Shown here one piece after another: positions 47,990 to 56,991 of a stretch of DNA of 64,000 nt. A model generated the notes under the pieces. It saw only the letters and a list, made by a program, of their open reading frames with translations, searched no databases and was not told the DNA's origin. The position numbers were made by a program, and so were the translations under genes. Every line of letters begins with the position of its first letter. Position 1 is the first letter of the stretch. This DNA comes from a virus (Duplodnaviria > Caudoviricetes), in the IMG/VR virus record IMGVR_UViG_3300033121_002101, positions 132,532 through 196,531 of that record. One strand, given 5' to 3'.

Positions 47990-48646
47990 TTATTTTGTAC
48001 GACGATATGAAGCACCAAAATGAAAATCATCATCGCCATCATCGCCATCATCGTCATCATCAGCAATACGCAAGCGATCAGCTTGCTCAGCGTAATCTAG
48101 GTCAGCTTGCTTTAGCTCATCAGTGAAGCGGTCAACCTTCGTTTTATAAAAGCTAACATGCTTTCGAGATTCCTCAAGCTCACGCTTAAGGCTTTCAACT
48201 TCAATGCACTTATCTTCAAATGCCTTGTTGTTGTTTTCAATGAGTTTTGTAATCTCGCTCATCTGATCACCAATGGAAATGATCTGTTGAGTAGATTCAT
48301 TCATTCGCTTTGTACTAGATTCTAGCTGCCTGCGAAGATAATCATTCTCAACATGCAAAGCAGCGATCTCTTCATTCTCTTCGCTGGTGCTTTTCGCTGG
48401 TTGTTCACACAAAAGCGTGAGACCAGCTGAAATACAGCGAAGCCGCTGCATCAAATCTGCATCACTTCCACGCTGAAGATTATTGCATAGATTTGCAAGT
48501 ACATCTTCAGGCAAAATCTTTTCGTATTGTAGCTCAATATCTCTATCAAGCTTTTCTACAATTTCGAGAATATCAAGGGTAAGGTTGATGTCAATGACAC
48601 ACGACATTTGGTTCTCCTTAAAATCTGTAAGCTTCTGCAAGCTCAC
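47990..48646 (-). CDS. coiled-coil hypothetical protein
   Basis: heptad-rich, acidic tail. Confidence 0.65.
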   Translation of the reverse strand: MSLQKLTDFKENQMSCVIDINLTLDILEIVEKLDRDIELQYEKILPEDVLANLCNNLQRGSDADLMQRLRCISAGLTLLCEQPAKSTSEENEEIAALHVENDYLRRQLESSTKRMNESTQQIISIGDQMSEITKLIENNNKAFEDKCIEVESLKRELEESRKHVSFYKTKVDRFTDELKQADLDYAEQADRLRIADDDDDGDDGDDDFHFGASYRRTK

Positions 48647-49100
48647 GAGTTAGAAAGCAATGAATTCCACCACCACACACAGCGTTTTCATCCCATTTAT
48701 CACACTTTTTTGTTTCACCAACGATCCACCTGCTGTGGTCATACCACGAAACAACATCACCATCTTTGAGATTAGTGAAGTTGTGACGGGCATACCAAGA
48801 AGGCTTATGTGCGTCGTGCTCTTTAAACAACAGATTATCAAGAAAATCAATTGCAGCATATGCACCGTGCTGGCCGTTCACTGCTGCTGTACAAGCAGGG
48901 AACGAGTGCATTGTAGCATCATACAAACGAGGGCATCCAGTAATTTCAATAACTTCTACTTCAGGGACTTTGCACTTATTACTACTGATTTTTAGCAGCT
49001 TACTAGAATCACACTTCATCTTGATGATTACATATTCAAAGTCCCATTCAGCAACAGAAATAAATTGAAGTGCTTTCTTCCATACAATTGTAGTGCTCAC
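48618..49100 (-). CDS. DUF5758-like domain protein
   Basis: VWKK...KC...VGE...DKWDE...CGGGIHCFLTRE.A..Y. Confidence 0.6.
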   Translation of the reverse strand: MSTTIVWKKALQFISVAEWDFEYVIIKMKCDSSKLLKISSNKCKVPEVEVIEITGCPRLYDATMHSFPACTAAVNGQHGAYAAIDFLDNLLFKEHDAHKPSWYARHNFTNLKDGDVVSWYDHSRWIVGETKKCDKWDENAVCGGGIHCFLTRELAEAYRF

Positions 49101-49336
49101 TTGTCAAACTCCATGAAGTGATTGGCCAAGCGAATGTTGTACATGCGCCAGATTCCACCACAACCATCACATACATTGCAATCGCAGCTTAGAGTATGCG
49201 CTCGCATACCAGTAGCTGGAAACAACTCAAAAGCAAGAATTCTATATGCTGCAATCATATTGTTTGCAGAAGTTAAGTCTCTATTCTTGAGAATTTGACG
49301 CCCCAAAAACAGCATGATTTTTTGTTTCTCGGTCAT
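49097..49336 (-). CDS. hypothetical protein (paralogue of 42896)
   Basis: GGAGG RBS in tRNA trailer. Confidence 0.65.
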   Translation of the reverse strand: MTEKQKIMLFLGRQILKNRDLTSANNMIAAYRILAFELFPATGMRAHTLSCDCNVCDGCGGIWRMYNIRLANHFMEFDK

Positions 49337-49348
49337 TTGAAACCTCCG

Positions 49349-49421
49349 TGCTCTCTGTCAGATTCGAACTGACAACACAGGGATTTTAAGTCCCCTGCCT
49401 CTACCGTTGGGCTAAGAGAGC
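49349..49421 (-). tRNA. tRNA-Leu(UAA) with short variable loop
   Basis: GCTCTCT/AGAGAGC, GGGGA-CT-TAA-AA-TCCCT, V loop GTGTT. Confidence 0.9.
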
Positions 49422-49459
49422 GTAGCAGAAAAAATCTGCTAATGAACTTAACTTATTTT

Positions 49460-50023
49460 TTAGTGCTCAAAGCGCGCCTTTGCACGCTTATCCATCTGAA
49501 CAATCACTTCATTGTACTCTGCATCATCTTTACTAGCATCGTACATGCCACTGCTTGTAAGGTACTCTTCAAAAACCTCATCCCAACAGCTCTCAGTTTC
49601 ATTCCAAACATTGAAAGAAAGATAGCACCCATTGTCATGAATGAGAAACAAATTCTTTTCTCCATTCAAGACGCCAACGAAACTTCCAAGGTTAAGCGGG
49701 TCCTCGCAGAAAGAAATCGCTGCAGTGATTTGAGATTCGCTGAGATGCTCAATCCCATAGAACTCAACATCAGGCACGCTCTTCTTATTTTCAGAAACCC
49801 AAACACCAGAGTTCTTGTCGAACGTGCTGATTTTAAGATCAGAAGAAGAGCCGAATGAATTTAGAATACGATCCATTCGACCAGTCAGCTTCATCTCAAT
49901 CCACCAATCAGCAGGGTAACTGCCGTTGCGCTTATTCTTGACCTCACTACACAGTGAATTCCACTCGGTTTCATTCTTGCAATTCTCGAACTTAGCAATT
50001 TCATCAGCAGTTAACTTTGACAT
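49460..50023 (-). CDS. hypothetical protein
   Basis: AAGGA RBS; EWN..C..VK..R.G.YP.DWW. Confidence 0.7.
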   Translation of the reverse strand: MSKLTADEIAKFENCKNETEWNSLCSEVKNKRNGSYPADWWIEMKLTGRMDRILNSFGSSSDLKISTFDKNSGVWVSENKKSVPDVEFYGIEHLSESQITAAISFCEDPLNLGSFVGVLNGEKNLFLIHDNGCYLSFNVWNETESCWDEVFEEYLTSSGMYDASKDDAEYNEVIVQMDKRAKARFEH

Positions 50024-50050
50024 TTCTGATTCCTTTCTTGTTTTGTGAAT

Positions 50051-50107
50051 CAAAAGATTATCTCATTTCTGAATAACTTTTTATATTCAGAAAGATGTAA
50101 ACTCTTG
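50051..50107 (-). promoter_or_regulatory. intergenic hairpin with CA/GA internal loop (family H2)
   Basis: CAAGAG-TTTA-CA...GA-TAA-T-CTTTTG on - strand. Confidence 0.6.
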
Positions 50108-50118
50108 TTCAGCAACTG

Positions 50119-50373
50119 TTACTTCAGATACTTTCCTTCAATCGCATTTGCAAAAAAGACATCACTTCGAAGATTAACTGCATCTTCGACAATTGCAGCA
50201 ATATTTTTCCTGCTAACTTCTTGACAAACATGCTGCTGACCATCACGTTTATCATTTATGTACAGCGTCCACGCTGTACCATCTCTGTATTCTGCTAAAT
50301 CGATTTGCAGATAATCTATTGACATCGAGATTGTACTGACGCTATCATCATCTTTTCTCATTTTATTTCTCAC
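50119..50373 (-). CDS. hypothetical protein
   Basis: packed ORF. Confidence 0.55.
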   Translation of the reverse strand: MRNKMRKDDDSVSTISMSIDYLQIDLAEYRDGTAWTLYINDKRDGQQHVCQEVSRKNIAAIVEDAVNLRSDVFFANAIEGKYLK

Positions 50374-50504
50374 TTTCAGTTATCAACTTGCAGGCTCTTG
50401 TAGACATCGCTGCTCATTGTTTTTTCTCATTGATGTTGCATATGTCCTGCACAATCACCTAGTCTCCTAGATGATTCTAGAGGGCATAGAACATACTGTG
50501 TGTT

Positions 50505-50942
50505 CTACTCTAGCTTATTCTCTTTCTTGAACGCATCGAGAAACGTCATTTGTGCGTCTGAATACGTACCGTTGCTATCAACTGCTCCTCGGCGCAGCAA
50601 TTGCAAACCAGCTTCTTCACGAAGCTTATCAATTTCAACACAAGATGCAAAAGTCATTTCTGCATCAAATATGCCGTGATGATAATAATCTTCAATTCGC
50701 TCTTCTTCGTCGCAAAGAAGCCGCTCTAGCACTTCTTTAGAACCATCAGACAGATTCACTGCGTTCTTCTTTGATTCAGCATGCTCAGTGAGAGCAGCTT
50801 TCAAATCGTCAGAAAGCTCTTCAATATATTGTCTAAAAATATGTGATCTGTGACTCTTATCTGTCCAACTCATGTGTTCAACAAGTTCTTCAAGCACAAT
50901 GCTAATGCCTTCAGTGCCATACTTCTTTAGAAACTTGTCCAT
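50505..50942 (-). CDS. hypothetical protein (C-terminus paralogous to 53918)
   Basis: GGAGG RBS in tRNA trailer; LSD...LC..E..IE...EID.LR.E.GL..L.R. Confidence 0.7.
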   Translation of the reverse strand: MDKFLKKYGTEGISIVLEELVEHMSWTDKSHRSHIFRQYIEELSDDLKAALTEHAESKKNAVNLSDGSKEVLERLLCDEEERIEDYYHHGIFDAEMTFASCVEIDKLREEAGLQLLRRGAVDSNGTYSDAQMTFLDAFKKENKLE

Positions 50943-50954
50943 TTGAAACCTCCG

Positions 50955-51026
<72 letters not shown>

Positions 51027-51352
51027 GTACACAAACAACGCATGCAAAAACAAGATCAAACGTTGCGATTGCATGCAACGATACAAAGCTCACGCATTTT
51101 TCGCAAGACAGCTTCGCCACGAACAGATCGAACATTTTCGTACGATCTGTTAATTCGCTTTAAAAGTTCTGCTGGAGCCCAGCCTTTTGTAACAATTGCA
51201 GAATTAACAGAGTTAATCGCAGTTTCTCTTGTGCTTTTATTTCTCATTTTGTGAGTTCTTTCTGGAGTTCTGTGCTCCACAGATAAGACCAATGCAATCA
51301 TTGATCACATCTATGCAACACAAAAAAGCAGCAAGAAATTATTTTTTATTTC

Positions 51353-51805
51353 TTACTGGCCGGGGCACTCAGTTGACAAGGTCCCTTCGGCAAAATCCCA
51401 AGACCCAGTTGATGCATCAAACACGCTGACATCTGCCCAGACAAAAGTCTGTTTATAGCAGTTAAAGCGTGCAGCTACAGCAACACTGTCGACTTTCTGA
51501 CAATCGATAAACACAGTAGACGGCCTTGCATCTTGCCCGGCTTCACTGAGCACAGAGAGCACAGTATGCACAACAGCTGTGTTGCGATTGACACAAGAAA
51601 GCTTGATGAACGCAGTCACATCAACCGAATTGCTGCTCGGCAGATGTGACTCAACATCAACGTGCACATTCATCGGTACATTTGCAGCATCGACGCTTGG
51701 AGTTGAATCAACAACAGAATCAACTGCCGCATCACTGTATTGAGCGTCATCAATGTCAGCGCATGCAGTAGCTGCAATCACAAAAATCAAATACTTGTTA
51801 CGCAT
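51353..51805 (-). CDS. putative lipoprotein (paralogue of 35217)
   Basis: MRNKYLIFVIAATAC signal; DAAV, DC.KV, DV..., TEC shared. Confidence 0.65.
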   Translation of the reverse strand: MRNKYLIFVIAATACADIDDAQYSDAAVDSVVDSTPSVDAANVPMNVHVDVESHLPSSNSVDVTAFIKLSCVNRNTAVVHTVLSVLSEAGQDARPSTVFIDCQKVDSVAVAARFNCYKQTFVWADVSVFDASTGSWDFAEGTLSTECPGQ

Positions 51806-51937
51806 TTTTGTTTCCCTTATCTACCAGAACTTGGTGATGAAATGAACTGCAACATAGACAATTGCAATCCAAAAAAGCAACCAAACGCAAACAAACAAAA
51901 TGTGATCAAGACGCATTGTATTCTCCTTGTTTATTAA

Positions 51938-52004
51938 CTGAAAATCTATCTCTTTCTAGACATCATGCAAACAACAAAATGTCTAGAAAGAGATAGACTA
52001 TCAG
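51938..52004 (-). repeat. 19 bp perfect inverted repeat, H2-related hairpin
   Basis: TCTATCTCTTTCTAGACAT / ATGTCTAGAAAGAGATAGA. Confidence 0.7.
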
Positions 52005-52507
52005 TCCCAGTAGGACTTACTTAGGGCAATGGCTTCCCAGTTTGCAGCCATGTCGATATAGAAATCGACACTGTTTTTGGAGTACCCTTTGAAAGAATAC
52101 CACTCTGCCATAGCAAAGTAATACTCTTTCATGTCATCTTGACTGCACCACGGCCCTGGATACTTTGGCATTTTGAACTCCACCTTCTTCAACTGCTCAC
52201 CGTCGAAGCTGCGCCACTCGTGGAAGTCGCCCTTGTCGTTGTCGTTCAAGTTGTAGACCTGCATGCCTTGTGTGTCGGGATTCCCGCCGAACACCACGTT
52301 GAGCTCGATGGCATCCATGGTCTCGTCGTCCAGCTCGGCCAGTGACCTGAGCTCGCTGATCTGGTCCTCTGTCGCCCCGCACGCCAGGGCGTAGAACCCC
52401 ATGCAGCACATGCGACCATCGGTTGGGCGCAGCAGCATTGACCCGCGGTGATTCCCTCTGAACCACTTCGACCTGACAACCGTGAACTCTGTTGCTTTCT
52501 TGATCAT
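52001..52507 (-). CDS. hypothetical protein, compositionally mosaic
   Basis: GSMLL...GRMCCMGF...QVYNLND; GC-rich 5' two-thirds, AT-rich 3' third. Confidence 0.7.
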   Translation of the reverse strand: MIKKATEFTVVRSKWFRGNHRGSMLLRPTDGRMCCMGFYALACGATEDQISELRSLAELDDETMDAIELNVVFGGNPDTQGMQVYNLNDNDKGDFHEWRSFDGEQLKKVEFKMPKYPGPWCSQDDMKEYYFAMAEWYSFKGYSKNSVDFYIDMAANWEAIALSKSYWD

Positions 52508-52541
52508 CGTATTATCCTTGTTTCTCGAGTGTAGCCAAGTG

Positions 52542-52649
52542 ACAGCCAAGAGATGGCTTGTGGGAGTTTGCGAAAACAGCCACCATGAAAATGAGCTGGC
52601 TCCGATGACCTTCTAGCCACCAGCATCCCACAAGCCATCTCTTGGCTGT
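52542..52649. repeat. 24 bp perfect inverted repeat with 60 nt spacer
   Basis: ACAGCCAAGAGATGGCTTGTGGGA (52542-52565) / TCCCACAAGCCATCTCTTGGCTGT (52626-52649). Confidence 0.85.
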
Positions 52650-52691
52650 TGGACAAGCATGTTGTCCAGCCGAGGCACCAAAAGAAGAAAT

Positions 52692-53282
52692 TTACTTCCT
52701 CTTGTAGACAAACAGACTGTCACGAATGCTATCCCATCTAGGGATATCAACAACCTCAGTACACTCCCATTCATCTCTGAGTAGACTGAAGAACTGATCA
52801 TCACCAGTACAACCACCCCAGCTCTCACCGATGTAGATGAGAGTGTTACCCTTGTATGCAGTAAGAGCATTATAGGCAAAGGGATCATCGTAGCATGGCC
52901 AGCAGAGCATCAGAGCATGCTTGCCGCCACTGTAGTACTGGAGGACAGAGGTATCACCCACTGCCACATCAGTCCACATCGTTTCGAACTCGTAGCCACA
53001 CACGTTCATCTTCGTTGTCGGATCCTTGTCGTAAGCTTCGACAACGATACCACGAGAACGAAGCAAGTAGGCCCAGTAACCAGCGCCAGCTCCCAGTTCA
53101 ACGATCGGACCGTACTTCGCGATCGTATCGAGTGCCTCGTTGTTTGGAATGGCCCATGAGAACTTCTTGACGCACATCTCTCGTGCTCTGAGCCGAGCAA
53201 GAGCACTTCCGGGCTCTCGCCAATCACGATTGCCACCATCGACAGCTTGCCAAGTGTAGATGTACTCGTTGATGACGCTCAT
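52692..53282 (-). CDS. class I SAM-dependent methyltransferase-like protein
   Basis: FSWAIP, IVELGAGAGYWA, LMLCWP, IYIGE...CTG. Confidence 0.72.
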   Translation of the reverse strand: MSVINEYIYTWQAVDGGNRDWREPGSALARLRAREMCVKKFSWAIPNNEALDTIAKYGPIVELGAGAGYWAYLLRSRGIVVEAYDKDPTTKMNVCGYEFETMWTDVAVGDTSVLQYYSGGKHALMLCWPCYDDPFAYNALTAYKGNTLIYIGESWGGCTGDDQFFSLLRDEWECTEVVDIPRWDSIRDSLFVYKRK

Positions 53283-53411
53283 TGCTTTATCTCACTCCTT
53301 CTGGAGTACCATACTCCATACAACATTCTAACTTTCGCTAGACTGCTCTATGCAGTACGATCTTGTGCGGGCAAACAACATCTTTATTGTTTGCTACATG
53401 CCAGTCAGAAC

Positions 53412-53678
53412 CTAGTTGAACTTCATTGAGTTGGCCTCACGCCAACAATCAATGACATACTTTGCTTTCTTGATAGAACATCCGCAACGCATACGGTATG
53501 CTCTTACTGCATTTACCAACTGATAGCTCTTCAGCATTTCAATCTCCATGCTGTTGAGCTCTTGGCACAATGACTGAACGTGAGCTTCACATGCATCAGC
53601 GATCATCTCAGCATCGGCTGAGCTGAGCGTCTTGACGTATGCCAGCACCATTTCGATCGTGATCATTTTAACACTCAT
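53412..53678 (-). CDS. hypothetical protein with L7/L12 C-terminal-like motif
   Basis: VNAVRAYR...GCSIKKAKYVID. Confidence 0.55.
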   Translation of the reverse strand: MSVKMITIEMVLAYVKTLSSADAEMIADACEAHVQSLCQELNSMEIEMLKSYQLVNAVRAYRMRCGCSIKKAKYVIDCWREANSMKFN

Positions 53679-53917
53679 TCTTTCTGGAGCAACATACTCC
53701 TTGCAATCGTCCAGCCACTATGAGCTGGAAAATTTCAAGCATTATGTTCTCTCTGGGATTCTTGCTGCGCAAGGGTCTGAACGATAACGCTCCGACGGCG
53801 CAAGTGAGTAGTTTCGAGGGCGCGGGGGGAAATGGAAAAAGCTCCGCGTCTACGTCTATTTCCGAGAATCCTTCCGCGGAAGTCAAAACGCCCCTCTGCT
53901 CACAATCCGAGGGCTTT

Positions 53918-54358
53918 CTAGCCCTCTTCACTGATCTTCAGCGACGCGACGAACGATTGACGCTCGTACTTGGTCACTTGTCGCATAAGCTCTGGCAGTC
54001 CGAACTCTGCGCGGAGCTCATCGATCTCTCGAGCTCTGCGGAGTACATGGTCGCCGGGCTTCGGCTTGTCTGGCATCGAGGCGATCTCCATCTCGATCTT
54101 GTCTTCCATCAAGCACAGTTGCTGCTCAACGAAGTCAGCTGCTCTGTCAGACAGCTTCAATCGAGGACTCTCGTCCTTCACGATGCAGTGTGTTGGCGGA
54201 GGCAGATGCCGTAGCTCAGTGCAGCCCTTCGACAGTGCATTCCACGACAACACGTGCAGATTCCGTGGATCGAAGTGCGTTGCTTCCTTGTGCAAGAACA
54301 ACCGAGGCTGGTCTGCACGCAGCTCTTCGACAGGAATGACGATGTACTTGTCTTTCAT
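53918..54358 (-). CDS. hypothetical protein
   Basis: follows H1 cassette; AGGAG RBS. Confidence 0.7.
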   Translation of the reverse strand: MKDKYIVIPVEELRADQPRLFLHKEATHFDPRNLHVLSWNALSKGCTELRHLPPPTHCIVKDESPRLKLSDRAADFVEQQLCLMEDKIEMEIASMPDKPKPGDHVLRRAREIDELRAEFGLPELMRQVTKYERQSFVASLKISEEG

Positions 54359-54481
54359 TTCTATTCGCTCCTTCTAGAGCTCTATGCTCCATAGGCAAGA
54401 CCAGCATTTCTACTGATCAAGTCTATGCAGCATGCCACCGTCACCAGTGGCAAACCGCATGCCGTTCGTGATCCAGTTGCT

Positions 54482-54640
54482 CTAGCTGCGGAGCATGTGC
54501 TGCTTGCCCTTGCGCACGATGCTGGCGCTCTCCTCAGCACACTGCGCCAGCGTCTTGTAGCCAGCGGCAGCCAGCTCTTTGGCATCGGCCTCGAGCTGCG
54601 TAACGGTCGGCTTCACGATCAGGTACTTGCGCATCATCAT
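54482..54640 (-). CDS. small hypothetical protein (paralogue of 32623)
   Basis: LEADAKELAAAGYKTLA; follows H1 cassette. Confidence 0.65.
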   Translation of the reverse strand: MMMRKYLIVKPTVTQLEADAKELAAAGYKTLAQCAEESASIVRKGKQHMLRS

Positions 54641-54736
54641 TGGAGTGTATCTTCTTTCTGGAGCTCCATGCTCCATACAACGTTCCAACATTCCGTTGAA
54701 CCGTTCTATGCAACTCAGAACTCTCTCTTCTGCTGC

Positions 54737-54982
54737 TCAACCAGCGTTGTTCTTCTGCAGCAGCAGACCGAGGCCCATCACGATGTGGCGCAGATCGAGC
54801 ACCATCTGCTCCGAACCGCTTCGGAACATCAGATCGACGCTGTAGTTGCAGACCTCAAGGGCCAGCACACAACAATCATCGAATTGCTGCAGACGATGGC
54901 TGATCTCATCGTGCAGCTCGGTGATCCGAGCCAGTTCGCTGTCGTCCAGACGCTCGGCTAGCGGCAGGTTTTCGTTGCTCAC
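54737..54982 (-). CDS. hypothetical protein
   Basis: GTG start overlaps stop of micro-ORF (GTGA). Confidence 0.6.
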   Translation of the reverse strand: MSNENLPLAERLDDSELARITELHDEISHRLQQFDDCCVLALEVCNYSVDLMFRSGSEQMVLDLRHIVMGLGLLLQKNNAG

Positions 54983-55032
54983 TTGCGCGCTCCGAAGAGC
55001 AGCTTGAGCCACATGCGCTTGAGAGGGGTCAT
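54979..55032 (-). CDS. 17 aa micropeptide MTPLKRMWLKLLFGARK
   Basis: follows H1 cassette; paralogue of 56211-56273. Confidence 0.65.
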   Translation of the reverse strand: MTPLKRMWLKLLFGARK

Positions 55033-55127
55033 TTTACTCGTACCTTTCCGGAGCTCTATGCTCCATGCAACGTTCCAACGTTCACCGTTGAACCGCTCCA
55101 TGCAACACGTAACTCAGAAGCAACTCT

Positions 55128-55292
55128 TCAGCCAAGTGCTTCTAGATCTGCAACAATGCGGTCCAGATCTGCTTCTGTCACATCATCACGATCGTTGCGT
55201 GCGATGTGGACAGCCTCACGACAGAAGCGCTTGGCCTCAGCAAGCTTCCAGCGCAGCACTTTGATCTCGTCTTCTGTGCTGTTCTTCTTCAT
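55128..55292 (-). CDS. small hypothetical protein
   Basis: ATG just after previous stop. Confidence 0.6.
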   Translation of the reverse strand: MKKNSTEDEIKVLRWKLAEAKRFCREAVHIARNDRDDVTEADLDRIVADLEALG

Positions 55293-55297
55293 CTCTT

Positions 55298-55531
55298 TCA
55301 CTGGTGCTGCGGGTCTTGCGGATCGATGCGACCATCCATCTGCCACGGCTTCTGCCACTCGAGCTCGAGCAGCTTCCACGCCATCTCGTCGTGCGCCGTG
55401 ATGCCGACGATCTTCGTCGTCTTCGATCTGCCATCGGGCAGAGTGCAGGTGACCGTGACGCTGGGATCCTCGACCACCTCGTCGGAAGCGGTCGGATCGA
55501 ACTTCACACCACTGAGCTGAGTGAGCTTCAC
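55298..55531 (-). CDS. hypothetical protein
   Basis: follows H1 cassette; AGGAG RBS, GTG start. Confidence 0.65.
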   Translation of the reverse strand: MKLTQLSGVKFDPTASDEVVEDPSVTVTCTLPDGRSKTTKIVGITAHDEMAWKLLELEWQKPWQMDGRIDPQDPQHQ

Positions 55532-55625
55532 AGAGATTCTCCTTCAGGACATGCCATATGTCCCACAGGCTACTCAAAGAGATGGTCACCTTGAGTAGTC
55601 TGGGGGCCACACGGGCCACGCCACC

Positions 55626-55763
55626 CTACCACACGCACTGGAAGCAGAGGCGAGGATGCTGGGCAGCGATTCGACTGGCCTTGATGAGCTTGTCGAGCCG
55701 GCGCTTCGCTTCGTACCTCGTGATCTCGAACGAACGGATGACGAAGGTCTTGCTCATGTCCAT
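55626..55763 (-). CDS. small basic hypothetical protein
   Basis: follows H1 cassette; AGGAG RBS. Confidence 0.6.
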   Translation of the reverse strand: MDMSKTFVIRSFEITRYEAKRRLDKLIKASRIAAQHPRLCFQCVW

Positions 55764-55862
55764 GGCTGCTCTGTCTCCTTTCAGGACACGAATGTATCCC
55801 ACAGGCAATCTGAAGAATCAAATCTTCAGACAGTCTGGGCGACACACTCACCCGCCAGCGCT

Positions 55863-56111
55863 CTACTCGCTGCAGTCAGCCGCCTTGTTGTGCCAGGCGA
55901 ATTCCACTGCCGCCTTGAGCGCAGCCTTCTGATTGCTGCTGACGTTCCCACAGATGAAGACCTCGGTCGGGTAGCCATCAGCACCCGTGGTCTTCTTGTA
56001 CAGCTCCCACGAGTACGTCATGGTGTTCAGCCCCCTGATGCGGATCTCGTACTTCGAGATCACGAAGTGGATGTCGATGTACTCAACGTACTGAACTTGT
56101 GCGGTGCTCAT
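55863..56111 (-). CDS. hypothetical protein
   Basis: follows H1 cassette. Confidence 0.65.
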   Translation of the reverse strand: MSTAQVQYVEYIDIHFVISKYEIRIRGLNTMTYSWELYKKTTGADGYPTEVFICGNVSSNQKAALKAAVEFAWHNKAADCSE

Positions 56112-56210
56112 CGCTCTCGCTCAAACTTTCTGGGATTGTTTTGGTCCCATAGAAAGCACGATGTTTAGTCGTGCTTTCTGTGCGGCCAACCATCTCAGTG
56201 GCTTCTGCTG

Positions 56211-56273
56211 CTATCGCTTGGTGCCGAAGAGCAGTCGAAGCCAGAACCGGCGAAGCGGAGTGTGCATCTTCAT
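56211..56273 (-). CDS. 20 aa micropeptide MKMHTPLRRFWLRLLFGTKR
   Basis: GAGGAG RBS; paralogue of 54979-55032. Confidence 0.65.
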   Translation of the reverse strand: MKMHTPLRRFWLRLLFGTKR

Positions 56274-56362
56274 GTCAGTCTCTCCTCACGTTCTTCTCCC
56301 TGTCGATCGAGCGACTAACATTAGTCGCTAAACCGATCGGGCAAGCCCGAGAGTATCCAGCC

Positions 56363-56863
56363 CTACCACACGCTCATGACGAACATGTAGTCGCTGTCGC
56401 TCATGCACGAGGCGGGACGGTCGGCCTCGCGCTCGAGCTCGAGCTCGGCGAGCCAGAGCTCCTCCTGCTCCTTCATCGCCTCGTACATGTCGGCCTCGGC
56501 GCTGTCCCAGGCGATGCGCTCCTCGCGCTCCTCATGCTCATTCATCGCCTCGAGTTGTTCGATGAAGTAATCCTCTTCGACAGACGTCATATCGAACGTC
56601 TCGAACCCGCGGGGGAAGAGGTCGGCGAACAGCAAGGACCGCGACCACTTGATCCGGCCGTGCGCGTAGCTGGTCGGCACCTTCGCCCGCGGCGGGTCGA
56701 GGAGCTGCGGCACGTCGCTGCAGTCGTCGCCGTCACCCAAGCGGGCGAGCTGCTTGCCGTACTGTCGAACGGCCTTGTTGTACTGCTTCGTGACGATCTT
56801 CTTCGCCCGCGGGAACAGCTCCCCGGCGTTCAGATCGCTGTGATACTTCGCGATGCCCTTCAT
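56363..56863 (-). CDS. hypothetical protein, basic N-half and acidic C-half
   Basis: follows H1 cassette; GC-rich codons. Confidence 0.7.
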   Translation of the reverse strand: MKGIAKYHSDLNAGELFPRAKKIVTKQYNKAVRQYGKQLARLGDGDDCSDVPQLLDPPRAKVPTSYAHGRIKWSRSLLFADLFPRGFETFDMTSVEEDYFIEQLEAMNEHEEREERIAWDSAEADMYEAMKEQEELWLAELELEREADRPASCMSDSDYMFVMSVW

Positions 56864-56991
56864 CGGCAGTCTCTTTCTGGGACGATGTATCCCACAGGCT
56901 GTCTGAAGAGTCGCCTCCTCAGGCAGTCTGGGGGTCACACCCCGAGTCGCTCATCCTCTCGGCTTGCTCGCTCGGTCCTGCAACCGCTCGT

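Larger units (their letters stand above)
53295..56940 (-). repeat. family H1: nine intergenic long-hairpin + short-hairpin + RBS cassettes
   Basis: copies near 53300, 53685 (partial), 54370, 54655, 55045, 55540, 55778, 56125, 56873; consensus 3' end YT(A/G)TGG(G)A-N7-11-TC(C/T)(A/T/G)GAA(A)G then start codon. Confidence 0.8.

Noticed and set aside
53295-56940. H1 repeats as a CRISPR array or integron attC sites
   Set aside because: Repeats are degenerate and separated by whole genes of variable length; no RYYYAAC/GTTRRRY ends; no cas or integrase gene in the window
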